Of a DNA stretch of 64,000 nucleotides, positions 29,412-37,674 are shown in pieces. The notes beneath the pieces were generated by a model. That model was not told the DNA's origin, searched no databases, and worked only from the letters and a program-made list of their open reading frames with translations. The DNA is from an uncultured Chloroflexia bacterium. GTDB taxonomy: Bacteria > Chloroflexota > Limnocylindria > Limnocylindrales > CSP1-4. The position numbers were made by a program, and so were the translations under genes. The stretch lies in assembly GCA_963790955.1 (NCBI GenBank), contig CAWBQM010000003.1, forward strand, positions 227,385 to 291,384, in the 5' to 3' direction. Numbering within the stretch: the stretch's first letter is position 1; every line of letters starts with the position of its first letter.

Positions 29412-29460
29412 TGGTGGGCGACACTGGACTCGAACCAGTTGACCCCTCGCATGTCAAGCA
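29412..29460 (-). repeat. att-like duplicated 3' portion of tRNA-Val (direct repeat of 33791-33838)
   Basis: Matches the tRNA from the anticodon arm to CCA with one inserted base and two substitutions; the 5' part of the tRNA is absent. Confidence 0.9.
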
Positions 29461-29529
29461 TACAGGCCGATGCGGCGCGGGTCGAGCGTGATCGTGCTTG
29501 CCGAACGATGCGGCGTGGGCCCCGTTATG

Positions 29530-29556
29530 CGGTACCTGCCGACACTCATCGCGTGG
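29530..29556 (+). repeat. 27-bp direct repeat, copy 1 (arm-site-like)
   Basis: CGGTACCTGCCGACACTCATCGCGTGG; 25/27 identical to 33658-33684. Confidence 0.85.
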
Positions 29557-29932
29557 CAAAGCCGTGCCGAGCGTCACACCTTGTTCGGTTGGCCATTCGC
29601 CCACAGGTCATCGACGCCACCCCAGGCGGCTCTCTCCAGGTCTGGTCGAGTCTGTCGAACGCCGCGCAGGCGTTCGTCCAGGATCCCTGGGTACGTCGGT
29701 TACCCTTCGCGAGCCACGGGCAGGTAGACGCCGGACATCAAGCTGACCTTCGGGTGCTTGCGGTCCGGCAAACGGACGCGCATCGTCGGTGAGCGGGGTC
29801 CGGCACTGCGCGATGCAGCCCGTCATTCTGATCCAACGAGTGGCTCCAACTCCCGCAACGCCCGTTCGCTCGTGTGAGGCTTCGTTGCTTTGGCGACGGG
29901 ATGGATGGACGGGCAATGTCACCTCGAGAATC

Positions 29933-31270
29933 ATGCAAGCGCCGCGGCTCCAGTTGAACGACATGTACCCCGGGGACTACTTCTCGGTCGCGTCCACCCC
30001 TCGGTATCGCGCCTCGCGGCGACGACGAGTCCGGGCGGCGTCGCGACACGGGATGGTCCTCGCGATTGGCGTGGCGGTCCTCGACTGCATCTGGCTCGTC
30101 GCGTTCCATATCGATGCCGCGGGACTGATTCTTGCCCTCAACGTGATGATCGCCGTCGTGGCCGCGGCCGGCTTCCTGGTGCTGGGCTCCATCGCAAAGC
30201 GGAGGCCGGAGGGCGTCGTCTTCGCCACCCTCGTCGCCGTCGATGCCGCCACGGTCGCGCTCGGGTTGGGGCACTCGGCCCTCGGGTTCGTGGCGGTCGG
30301 CTACCTCCTGCTGCTGCCGGTGGTCGTGTCGCTGGTCATCCCGTGGGCGACGAGGATCCACGTGACCTGGCTCGGACTGCATACCGCGTTGGTCCTCGGC
30401 TTCACGCTGTTCGCGCCGACTGCCTCCATTCCGGACGGCGCCCGGGACCAGCTCCTCGGGCTGCTCATCGTCGCCATCGCGGTCAGCCAGTCCGGTCACG
30501 TGACGGGAGTCCGGGGACGGGTTGCGAGCTTCACCCAGATCCAGCAGATCAAGGCACTCAACCGCCGGGCGCGTCGCGACCAGGTGCGCCTGGACTCGCT
30601 CAACGCGGTCCTCGAGACGACGGCGGCGACCGACATGTTGACCGGTCTCGGGAACCGATTGGCGCTCGATGCGGGCCTCCGGTTGGCCCGTTCACGGATC
30701 GAGCGGCAGGGTGAGTCCTACGGACTGCTGATCCTCGATCTCGATCGCTTCAAGGCGATCAATGACGAGCGAGGCCACCTGGCCGGTGACGACGTGCTTC
30801 GGGCCGCCAGCGACGCCTTGCGGGGAGTCCTCCGAGCGGGCGACACGGCCTACCGGTACGGCGGTGAGGAGTTCGTCGCGCTGATCCTGCTGACCGAACC
30901 ATCGGAGGCGCTCGCCGCGGCTGAGCGAATCCGGGTCGCAATCGAGTCGCTCCAAATCCCCAACGCTCGCAACGCGCCGTTCGGGCATCTGACCGCGTCA
31001 GTGGGTGTGACAACGATCGGGCCTGTCGATCTACCCGAGCATGATGCCTCGTGGCTGGCGAGGGCCGACGCCGCGCTCTATCGGGCAAAAGCGAACGGCC
31101 GAAACCGTGCGGAAGTCGGCACGTTCGACGCGACCGTGGAAAGAGCGGGTCGGTCGAGCTCCACGGCCGATCCTGGCCGCACTGTCACGGCACCGTTCGT
31201 CCCATGGTCCACGGCCGGCACGCATTCGACTCGCCTTGATCAGCTGGCGCGGCGAAAGGGCGGCACATGA
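29933..31270 (+). CDS. Membrane-bound diguanylate cyclase (GGDEF)
   Basis: About 6 TM helices; TDMLTGLGNR, DLDRFKAINDERGHLAGD, RAGD I-site five residues before GGEEF, SVGV, ADAALYRAK..GRN. Start uncertain (29933-30053). Confidence 0.92.
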   Translation: MQAPRLQLNDMYPGDYFSVASTPRYRASRRRRVRAASRHGMVLAIGVAVLDCIWLVAFHIDAAGLILALNVMIAVVAAAGFLVLGSIAKRRPEGVVFATLVAVDAATVALGLGHSALGFVAVGYLLLLPVVVSLVIPWATRIHVTWLGLHTALVLGFTLFAPTASIPDGARDQLLGLLIVAIAVSQSGHVTGVRGRVASFTQIQQIKALNRRARRDQVRLDSLNAVLETTAATDMLTGLGNRLALDAGLRLARSRIERQGESYGLLILDLDRFKAINDERGHLAGDDVLRAASDALRGVLRAGDTAYRYGGEEFVALILLTEPSEALAAAERIRVAIESLQIPNARNAPFGHLTASVGVTTIGPVDLPEHDASWLARADAALYRAKANGRNRAEVGTFDATVERAGRSSSTADPGRTVTAPFVPWSTAGTHSTRLDQLARRKGGT

Positions 31271-33552
31271 GCATCGAGCCGGTGACCGTACCGCTTCGGC
31301 TGTCGCATCCCGATCATGATCCGGCGACTGCCCCAGGGTTGATCCGCGCCCTGGTATCGATCGGCGGTCGACGGATCCGGGCTCGCGCCGCGATCGGCGG
31401 CCCGAGGCTGACGATACGGGTTGCGGCCGTCGTCACGCTGACGCTGTCGGCGGTAGCGATGCAGGGCGGACCCGCAGCCTTGCTCTACGACAACATCCAG
31501 GAGCTGGTAGCCGTCGCTGGCGCGGCGGCTGGCCTCGGCCTGGCAGTTCGACTCCACGGCGGCTCGACGCGCAGGTTGCTCACCTGGATCGCCCTGTCGA
31601 TGGCCGGCACTGCCCTGGGGATGCTCGCCTGGGATCTCTCCCCGGCCAGCGATTCGTCCCTCGCGATCCTTGGTGACGCCCTGTTCGTTCTGAGCGTGCT
31701 GATCGGCGTCGGGGCGATCGTCCCAGCCATCTTCAGCGGCCTCGAGCGCGGCCTCCTGGCCGGGATCGCGACCGACGCGCTCATCGTGTTCCTGACCGGG
31801 GTTGCCCTCGTCGCGTCGACCGCAGACCCTGACCTCACCGACGATCGGACCGGGTTGATCGGCCTCGTGCTGCTGATTGCGACAATCGCCGCCTGCGCGT
31901 TCGCACTGATCGGCCAACGTATTCGGCCGGCCTGGGGCGGTCCGTGGACGCTCCTCGCAGGTGCCGCAATGCTCGGTGCCTCCTGGCTGCTGTGGGCCGG
32001 CGACCCGACCGTGTCGACAACCGTCGGCCCGTCCGACTTCACATTCAGCCTGGGTGTCCTGCTGATCGCGTTCGGTGGCGTGACCTGGAACACGCGGGCC
32101 CCACATAGTCCGAGGTTCGAGCGGACCGCGCCGATGCTCGCCTGGGTTATCCCGGTAGTCGCCATCATCGCCAGCCTGGTCACGGCGGCGATCTACGATG
32201 GCGGCGCCGTACACAATCTCGTCGGCGTTGCCTCGGCCGCCGTCATCGTGATCGGGGTTGCCCGCCAGGTCCACCTCTACGTCCGCGAGGCGCGCGCGCT
32301 GGAAGCCGAGCACCGTGCCGGGGTCGGCCTTGCCGCGGAGATCCACGAGCGGGCCGCGACCCTGTTCTCGCTCCAGCGCCTGACGCCCGGCGCAACGCTC
32401 GACGACACCGCGAAGGAGATCTGCCGCGAAGCCCTCCAGCTCGACGGGATCGATCTCGCCGCCATCCGGACCTATGGCCCTGATGCCACCGTCGTGCCCA
32501 TCGCGGTAGAAGTGTCGGGATCCCGCGCAACCAAGCTCGTCGGCCATCAGCTCCAGTCGGCTCATGCCGCGCGGGTCAGGGCGCGCGCGGTCGATGGGTC
32601 GTGGGAGCGATCATGGGACCAGATCGACAACCCGTATCAGCAGGTGCTGCACGACCTCGGGGTCCGTCGGACCGTCAATGCGGCGTTGCGCTGGGGCGAC
32701 CAGATCATCGGCGACATCGCCTTGGGGACCTGCTCCGTCGAGTCAGCGATGCCGCTCTCGGATCGCCTGTCGACGGCCGAGGAGTTCGCGGTCGTCGCGT
32801 CGGCCCTCCTGGGTCCGGCCATCGCCGAGCGAGACCGGGCTGACGCGCTGCGGCGGACCCTCCGGGAGGTGCTCAGGACCCGCTCGTTCTCGCCGGTCTT
32901 CCAGCCGATCGTGGAGCTCGCATCGCACGAGATCGTGGGGTTCGAGGCCCTCACCCGGTTCGACTCCGGCCAGCGTCCGGATCTTTGCTTCGCCGATGCC
33001 TGGTCGGTTGGTCTCGGCCCGGAACTCGAGCTGGCCACAATGCGCGCGGCGGTCGAACGGGCTAAGGAACTCCCGTCGGGCGTATTCCTCGATCTCAACG
33101 CCTCACCGCGGTTGCTTGCCTACCCTGAACAACTGCGGGATACCCTCTACTCTTCCGGTCGGCCGCTCGTCATCGAAATCACTGAGCACGAGACGATCGA
33201 CGACTACGACGCGATCCGCCGCGCGATCAGGAACCTCGGGAGCGATGTCCGGGTGGCGGTCGACGATGCAGGCGCTGGGGTCGCCAACTTCGGGCACATC
33301 ATCGACTTGCGACCGGACTTCCTGAAGCTCGACATCAGCCTCGTCCGAAGGGTCGACTCCGACCTCGGCCGGCAAGCGATGGTCGTGGGCATGCGTCACT
33401 TCTCGCAAACGACTGGGTGCCGGCTGATCGCGGAAGGGGTGGAGACCCCCGAGGAAGCCGACACGCTAACGTCCCTTGGTGTCGAGTTCGGCCAGGGCTA
33501 CCTGTTGGGGCGGCCCGAGCCGATCGACTCGTGGATCGCGGCCGGGCACTGA
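31267..33552 (+). CDS. Membrane-bound GAF + EAL c-di-GMP phosphodiesterase
   Basis: Many TM helices, GAF-like region, FQPIV, GFEALTR, LNASP, EITE, DDAGAG, LKLD, IAEGVET, GQGYL; ATGA overlap with the GGDEF gene. Confidence 0.9.
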   Translation: MSIEPVTVPLRLSHPDHDPATAPGLIRALVSIGGRRIRARAAIGGPRLTIRVAAVVTLTLSAVAMQGGPAALLYDNIQELVAVAGAAAGLGLAVRLHGGSTRRLLTWIALSMAGTALGMLAWDLSPASDSSLAILGDALFVLSVLIGVGAIVPAIFSGLERGLLAGIATDALIVFLTGVALVASTADPDLTDDRTGLIGLVLLIATIAACAFALIGQRIRPAWGGPWTLLAGAAMLGASWLLWAGDPTVSTTVGPSDFTFSLGVLLIAFGGVTWNTRAPHSPRFERTAPMLAWVIPVVAIIASLVTAAIYDGGAVHNLVGVASAAVIVIGVARQVHLYVREARALEAEHRAGVGLAAEIHERAATLFSLQRLTPGATLDDTAKEICREALQLDGIDLAAIRTYGPDATVVPIAVEVSGSRATKLVGHQLQSAHAARVRARAVDGSWERSWDQIDNPYQQVLHDLGVRRTVNAALRWGDQIIGDIALGTCSVESAMPLSDRLSTAEEFAVVASALLGPAIAERDRADALRRTLREVLRTRSFSPVFQPIVELASHEIVGFEALTRFDSGQRPDLCFADAWSVGLGPELELATMRAAVERAKELPSGVFLDLNASPRLLAYPEQLRDTLYSSGRPLVIEITEHETIDDYDAIRRAIRNLGSDVRVAVDDAGAGVANFGHIIDLRPDFLKLDISLVRRVDSDLGRQAMVVGMRHFSQTTGCRLIAEGVETPEEADTLTSLGVEFGQGYLLGRPEPIDSWIAAGH

Positions 33553-33657
33553 CGGAGATTGGGGGCTGCCGAAGGCATGGGATCCGCCACGCCTTAGCGC
33601 GTAGGGCGCCAGCCTGACCACGTCAAGATTGCGGGCCGCGCGGGCCTTGCGCGACGT

Positions 33658-33684
33658 CGGTATCTGCCGACAGTCATCGCGTGG
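33658..33684 (+). repeat. 27-bp direct repeat, copy 2 (arm-site-like)
   Basis: CGGTATCTGCCGACAGTCATCGCGTGG. Confidence 0.85.
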
Positions 33685-33790
33685 AGTTGTACCAAGGGGA
33701 CCACGTGATCGGCTGGCCCGCTTAGCCCGGACGAGGGAGACTGGGAGCGCGTCGCCGGCCGATACCGCTGCCACCAGTAGATCGGCGATG

Positions 33791-33867
33791 TGGTGGGCGA
33801 CACTGGACTCGAACCAGTGACCTCTTGCATGTCAAGCAAGTGCTCTAACCAGCTGAGCTAGCCGCCC
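33791..33867 (-). tRNA. tRNA-Val(GAC)
   Basis: GGGCGGCTAGCTCAGCTGGTTAGAGCACTTGCTTGACATGCAAGAGGTCACTGGTTCGAGTCCAGTGTCGCCCACCA; cloverleaf, anticodon GAC, encoded CCA. Confidence 0.97.
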
Positions 33868-33913
33868 GCGATGCCCAGACATCGATCCCTCGAGACCTAC
33901 GCCACGGCACCGG

Positions 33914-33922
33914 AGGATAGCA
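33914..33922 (-). promoter_or_regulatory. Extended -10 element (TGCTATCCT) for tRNA-Val
   Basis: 47 nt upstream of the tRNA 5' end; identical to the infC element. Confidence 0.6.
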
Positions 33923-34164
33923 CGCAGCCCGTCAGCGGCCCAACCCGCGGAGCGTGTCGCGGCTCGATCTGAGCGTCCGGCTGTCGTCCGGCTGTCCCAT
34001 TGCCGGGCCCACGAGCCGGCTGCGCGGTTGCAACGATTTCGCGCCGATCGGCGCCGGTTTTGGCGGTCGGGACGCGAGGCGCCGCATGGGATCCATGGTC
34101 GACGCCCGCCACGATCGGCCAACCATCGGCCTGCCCAGGTGCCGGGCGACCATGGGAGACGAGC

Positions 34165-34329
34165 ATGACCTGGACCTTTCGATCCGTGCTGCTGCTGATC
34201 GCAGTGATCCTGTTCATCCTCGTAGCGGTCGGCCTCGACGTGAGCAACGTGTCACTCATCGCGGTCGGCCTGGCGTGCTTCGCCGCGGCGTTCCTCGTAC
34301 CCGACACGGCACTCGGTCGGCGTCGCTGA
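34165..34329 (+). CDS. Small two-TM membrane protein (54 aa)
   Basis: MTWTFRSVLLLIAVILFILVAVGLDVSNVSLIAVGLACFAAAFLVPDTALGRRR; GGAG SD; genome-typical codons. Confidence 0.7.
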   Translation: MTWTFRSVLLLIAVILFILVAVGLDVSNVSLIAVGLACFAAAFLVPDTALGRRR

Positions 34330-34427
34330 TCGGACAGGCACGGCCGCACGATCGAGCCGGCGACCATCGCACCGCGCGACGCGGCCAAGAGCCGACGGCG
34401 GGGCCGCTTTCACCCGATCATGTGCGG

Positions 34428-35279
34428 GTGACCGATGCCCCGCCGTACGAGCTCATCGACCTGGCCGCGGGCCGCCGGCTCGAGCGATTCGGTGCGCGCC
34501 TGATCGACCGGCCGGCACCCGCCGCCGGCGACGAGCGGCCGCGCCGGCCCGAGCGCTGGCGCGAGGCGGATGCCCGCTACGAGCCCGACGCCGGCGGCGA
34601 GGGGCGTTGGCTCAGCGCGACGCGGACGCCGTGGACGATCGAGATCGCCGGCCTCGAGCTCGTCCTTGAGCTCCGCCTTGCCGACGGCGGCCAGGTCGGG
34701 CTGTTCCCCGAGCACCTCGGCCTCGCGCGTTGGCTGTGCGATCGACTGCCGGGCGGATCCGCGGATGCGGGCGAGCCGCTACACATCCTCAACCTGTTCG
34801 CGTACACAGGCGCGGCAACGATCGCCCTCGCGTCGACGGGCACTCGGGTGACGCACGTCGATGCGTCACGGGCCGCGGTCGGGTGGGCACAGCGCAATGC
34901 GGCGCTCGCCGGGCTGGCCGATCGGCCGGTGCGCTGGATCGTGGACGACGCCGAGCGGTTCGTGGCCCGCGAGGCCCGTCGCGGCCGGCACTACGACGGC
35001 ATCGTGCTCGATCCGCCGTCGTTCGGTCGCGACCCGCGTGGCCGATCCTGGCGTCTGGAGGATCGGCTCGAGAGCCTGCTTGCGGCGTGCGCGACCGTGC
35101 TCGCACCTGAGCCGCGGACGGTCGTGCTCTCGGCCCACACCCCGGGGTTCGGGCCCGGACGGCTCGTCGCCGCCATCGAGGCGGCCTTCGGGCTGCGTGC
35201 CGAGGGGGTCGAGCTCGGGGTCGAGTCGAGCGCCGGCCGGCGGTTGCCGCTCGGGGCGGCAGCGCGGTGGTCCTCATGA
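34428..35279 (+). CDS. Class I SAM-dependent methyltransferase (RlmI/RlmK-like)
   Basis: YELID...RLERFG, GLFPEH, LNLFAYTG, HVDAS, VLDPPSFGR. Confidence 0.88.
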   Translation: MTDAPPYELIDLAAGRRLERFGARLIDRPAPAAGDERPRRPERWREADARYEPDAGGEGRWLSATRTPWTIEIAGLELVLELRLADGGQVGLFPEHLGLARWLCDRLPGGSADAGEPLHILNLFAYTGAATIALASTGTRVTHVDASRAAVGWAQRNAALAGLADRPVRWIVDDAERFVAREARRGRHYDGIVLDPPSFGRDPRGRSWRLEDRLESLLAACATVLAPEPRTVVLSAHTPGFGPGRLVAAIEAAFGLRAEGVELGVESSAGRRLPLGAAARWSS

Positions 35280-36154
35280 GGCGGCGGCCGCCCGAGAGCA
35301 GCGCCGAGGGCGGGACCCCGGGGGCCGACAGCATGGTCGGACCAGCCTCGCCGCCGGCCATCACGAGCCCGGCCAACCCCCGTCTTCGAGCAATCGGCCG
35401 GCTGCGCGATCGCCACGAGCGCGATACGCGCGGGCTGACCCTCGTCGACGGTGCCCGGGAGGTCGTCCGGGTCCTCGAGGCCGGGGCCGACGTGCGCGAG
35501 ATCCTCCTCGCGCCGACCCTCGTCCGCTCGCCCGGCGCGGTCGACGCGCTGGCGGCGATCGAAGCTGCGCGACTGCCGGTCACGCACCTGTCCGAGGCGG
35601 CCTTTGGGCGCATCGCGTACGGCGACCGGACCGATGGCATCCTGGCGGTCGTCGCGACCCCGTCGGCCGAACTCGACGACCTCCGCCTGCCGGACGATCC
35701 GCTCGTCGTCGTGCTCGAGAGCGTTGAGAAGCCGGGCAACGTCGGGGCGGTGCTGCGCTCGGCCGACGGCGCCGGTGTCGACGCGGTGATCCTCGTAGAC
35801 ACGCGTGCCGACCCGTGGAACCCGAACACGATCCGAGCCAGTGTGGGCACGGTCTTCAGCCTGCCGATCGGGGTCGCGTCGGGCGAGGCGACGCGGGCGT
35901 GGTTGCGCGCGCGTGGCGTTCGGATGGCCGCCGCGCTCGTCGAGGCGCGTGCTCCGTACACCGCGGCCGACCTCACCGGCCCGCTGGCGATCGTCCTCGG
36001 ATCCGAGGCCGAGGGGCTGTCCGAGGCGTGGTCGACGCCGGACGTGACCGCTGTCCGCATCCCGATGCTGGGTCGCGCCGACAGCCTGAACGTCTCGGTC
36101 GCCGCTGCCGTCCTCTTGTACGAGGCGCGCCGCCAGCGGGACCGCGCCGGGTGA
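35276..36154 (+). CDS. TrmH/SpoU family RNA methyltransferase
   Basis: ITSPANP, EKPGNVGAVLRSA, LGSEAEGL, IPMLGRADSLNVSVA. Confidence 0.92.
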   Translation: MRRRPPESSAEGGTPGADSMVGPASPPAITSPANPRLRAIGRLRDRHERDTRGLTLVDGAREVVRVLEAGADVREILLAPTLVRSPGAVDALAAIEAARLPVTHLSEAAFGRIAYGDRTDGILAVVATPSAELDDLRLPDDPLVVVLESVEKPGNVGAVLRSADGAGVDAVILVDTRADPWNPNTIRASVGTVFSLPIGVASGEATRAWLRARGVRMAAALVEARAPYTAADLTGPLAIVLGSEAEGLSEAWSTPDVTAVRIPMLGRADSLNVSVAAAVLLYEARRQRDRAG

Positions 36155-36233
36155 CGAATGGCGTCAGGCGCAGCCCGGGACCCGCCGGGCCACGGTCGTC
36201 TACCCTGCTAGCGGCACACGCTACGAGGCTGGG

Positions 36234-37628
36234 ATGGACACATACGACTTCGTGATCATCGGCGCCGGACCGGCCGGAGAGGCGGCCGCGAACAAGGCAC
36301 GCGAGCTCGGCGCATCGGTCGCGGTCGTCGATCGGCGCTGGTTCGGGGGCAGCTGCCCGCACATCGGCTGCATCCCGTCCAAGGCGCTCCTCAACTCGGC
36401 CGCGCGGCACGCCGCGAACCCGGCCGCCTACTCCTGGCAGCGAGCGTCCGAGCGGCGCGACTACATGGTCAATCGAGCCAGCGACGCCGATGAGCCCGAC
36501 GACAGCAGTCACGTCACGGCGCTCGAGGGTGCGGGTGCGCGGTGCTATCGGGGCGAGGCGCGCATCGTCGGACTGGGCCGGGTCGAGGTCCGCCACGACG
36601 GCGCCGTCCACGAGCTGGGTGCCCGCAACATCCTCGTCGGCGTCGGGTCGCGCTCCAAGAACCCCCCGATCGACGGTCTCGCCGACGTGCCCGCCGAGGA
36701 TCGCTGGACGAATCGCGAGGCGACGCTGGCGCGCGAGCTGCCGGGCAGCATGCTCGTCCTGGGCGGTGGGCCGACGGGCTGCGAGATGGCCCAGGTCTAC
36801 GCCCGCTTCGGGGTGCCGGTCGCGATCGTCCAGTCCGGCCCGCGGCTCATGCCGACCGATCATCCCCGCAACTCGGCCTCGGTCACGGACGGCCTGCGCG
36901 CCTCGGGCGTCGAGGTTCGCACGGGCGTGCGCGCGATGCGCGTGCTCCCCGGCGCCGGTCCGGACGGCGCGCATGTCGTCGAGCTCGACGACGGCTCGAC
37001 CGCCACGGGTCACAAGCTCCTGCTCGCCGTCGGCCGCGAATTCCCGCTCCGTGACCTGGGCCTGGAGGTGTACGGCTTCGATTCGAACGCGCGCGACGGC
37101 ATCCCGCGTGACGGGCGGCTGCGGCTGGCCGACGGCCTGTACGTCATCGGCGATCCGGCCGGACCCGAGCTGCACACGCATCAGGCCCACTACCAGGGCG
37201 AGATGGCAGTCCGGATGGCCCTCGGCGAGGACGTCGTACCCGACTACCGGGCCCTGCCCCGGGCCACGTACACCGACCCCGAGGCGGCCTTCGTCGGCAT
37301 GTCCATCGAGCAGGCGCAGGCCGCGGGCATCGATGCGTTCGAGCTCGTGGCCGAGTTCCCGCACACCGCCAGGGGCTATTCGGTCGAGGCCACGACCGGC
37401 CACGTGACGATCGTCGTCGACCGCGCGAGCCGGACGCTCGTGGGCGCGGCGATGGCCTGCCCGGATGCCTCGGCCGCCATCCACGAATGCGTGCTGGCCA
37501 TCAAGGCGCGCGTTCCGGTCGAGGTGCTCGCGGACACGATCCACGCGTTTCCGTCGACCTCGCGCATCTTCAACGGCCTCTTCGCCGAGGCCGCGGCCAA
37601 GCTACGGGAGTCGGCGCCGGTCGCCTGA
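36234..37628 (+). CDS. Class I pyridine nucleotide-disulfide oxidoreductase (Lpd/MerA-like)
   Basis: GAGPAG, redox motif GGSCPHIGCIPSK, GGGPTG.E, IGD, C-terminal HAFP. Confidence 0.9.
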   Translation: MDTYDFVIIGAGPAGEAAANKARELGASVAVVDRRWFGGSCPHIGCIPSKALLNSAARHAANPAAYSWQRASERRDYMVNRASDADEPDDSSHVTALEGAGARCYRGEARIVGLGRVEVRHDGAVHELGARNILVGVGSRSKNPPIDGLADVPAEDRWTNREATLARELPGSMLVLGGGPTGCEMAQVYARFGVPVAIVQSGPRLMPTDHPRNSASVTDGLRASGVEVRTGVRAMRVLPGAGPDGAHVVELDDGSTATGHKLLLAVGREFPLRDLGLEVYGFDSNARDGIPRDGRLRLADGLYVIGDPAGPELHTHQAHYQGEMAVRMALGEDVVPDYRALPRATYTDPEAAFVGMSIEQAQAAGIDAFELVAEFPHTARGYSVEATTGHVTIVVDRASRTLVGAAMACPDASAAIHECVLAIKARVPVEVLADTIHAFPSTSRIFNGLFAEAAAKLRESAPVA

Positions 37629-37674
37629 CGGACCTCGCCGCCGCCCGTCCTGCGACGGCCGGCGGAGGCCCGCG

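Larger units (their letters stand above)
29412..33838. mobile_element. tRNA-Val-integrated genomic islet with no intact integrase
   Basis: Flanked by tRNA 3'-end direct repeats; 27-bp direct repeats just inside both ends; cargo is GGDEF + EAL. Confidence 0.8.

Noticed and set aside
29412-29490. Second functional tRNA-Val
   Set aside because: Similarity stops just 5' of the anticodon loop; there is no D-arm or 5' acceptor strand.
36234-37628. Mercuric reductase merA
   Set aside because: No C-terminal CC pair, no HMA domain and no mer genes nearby.
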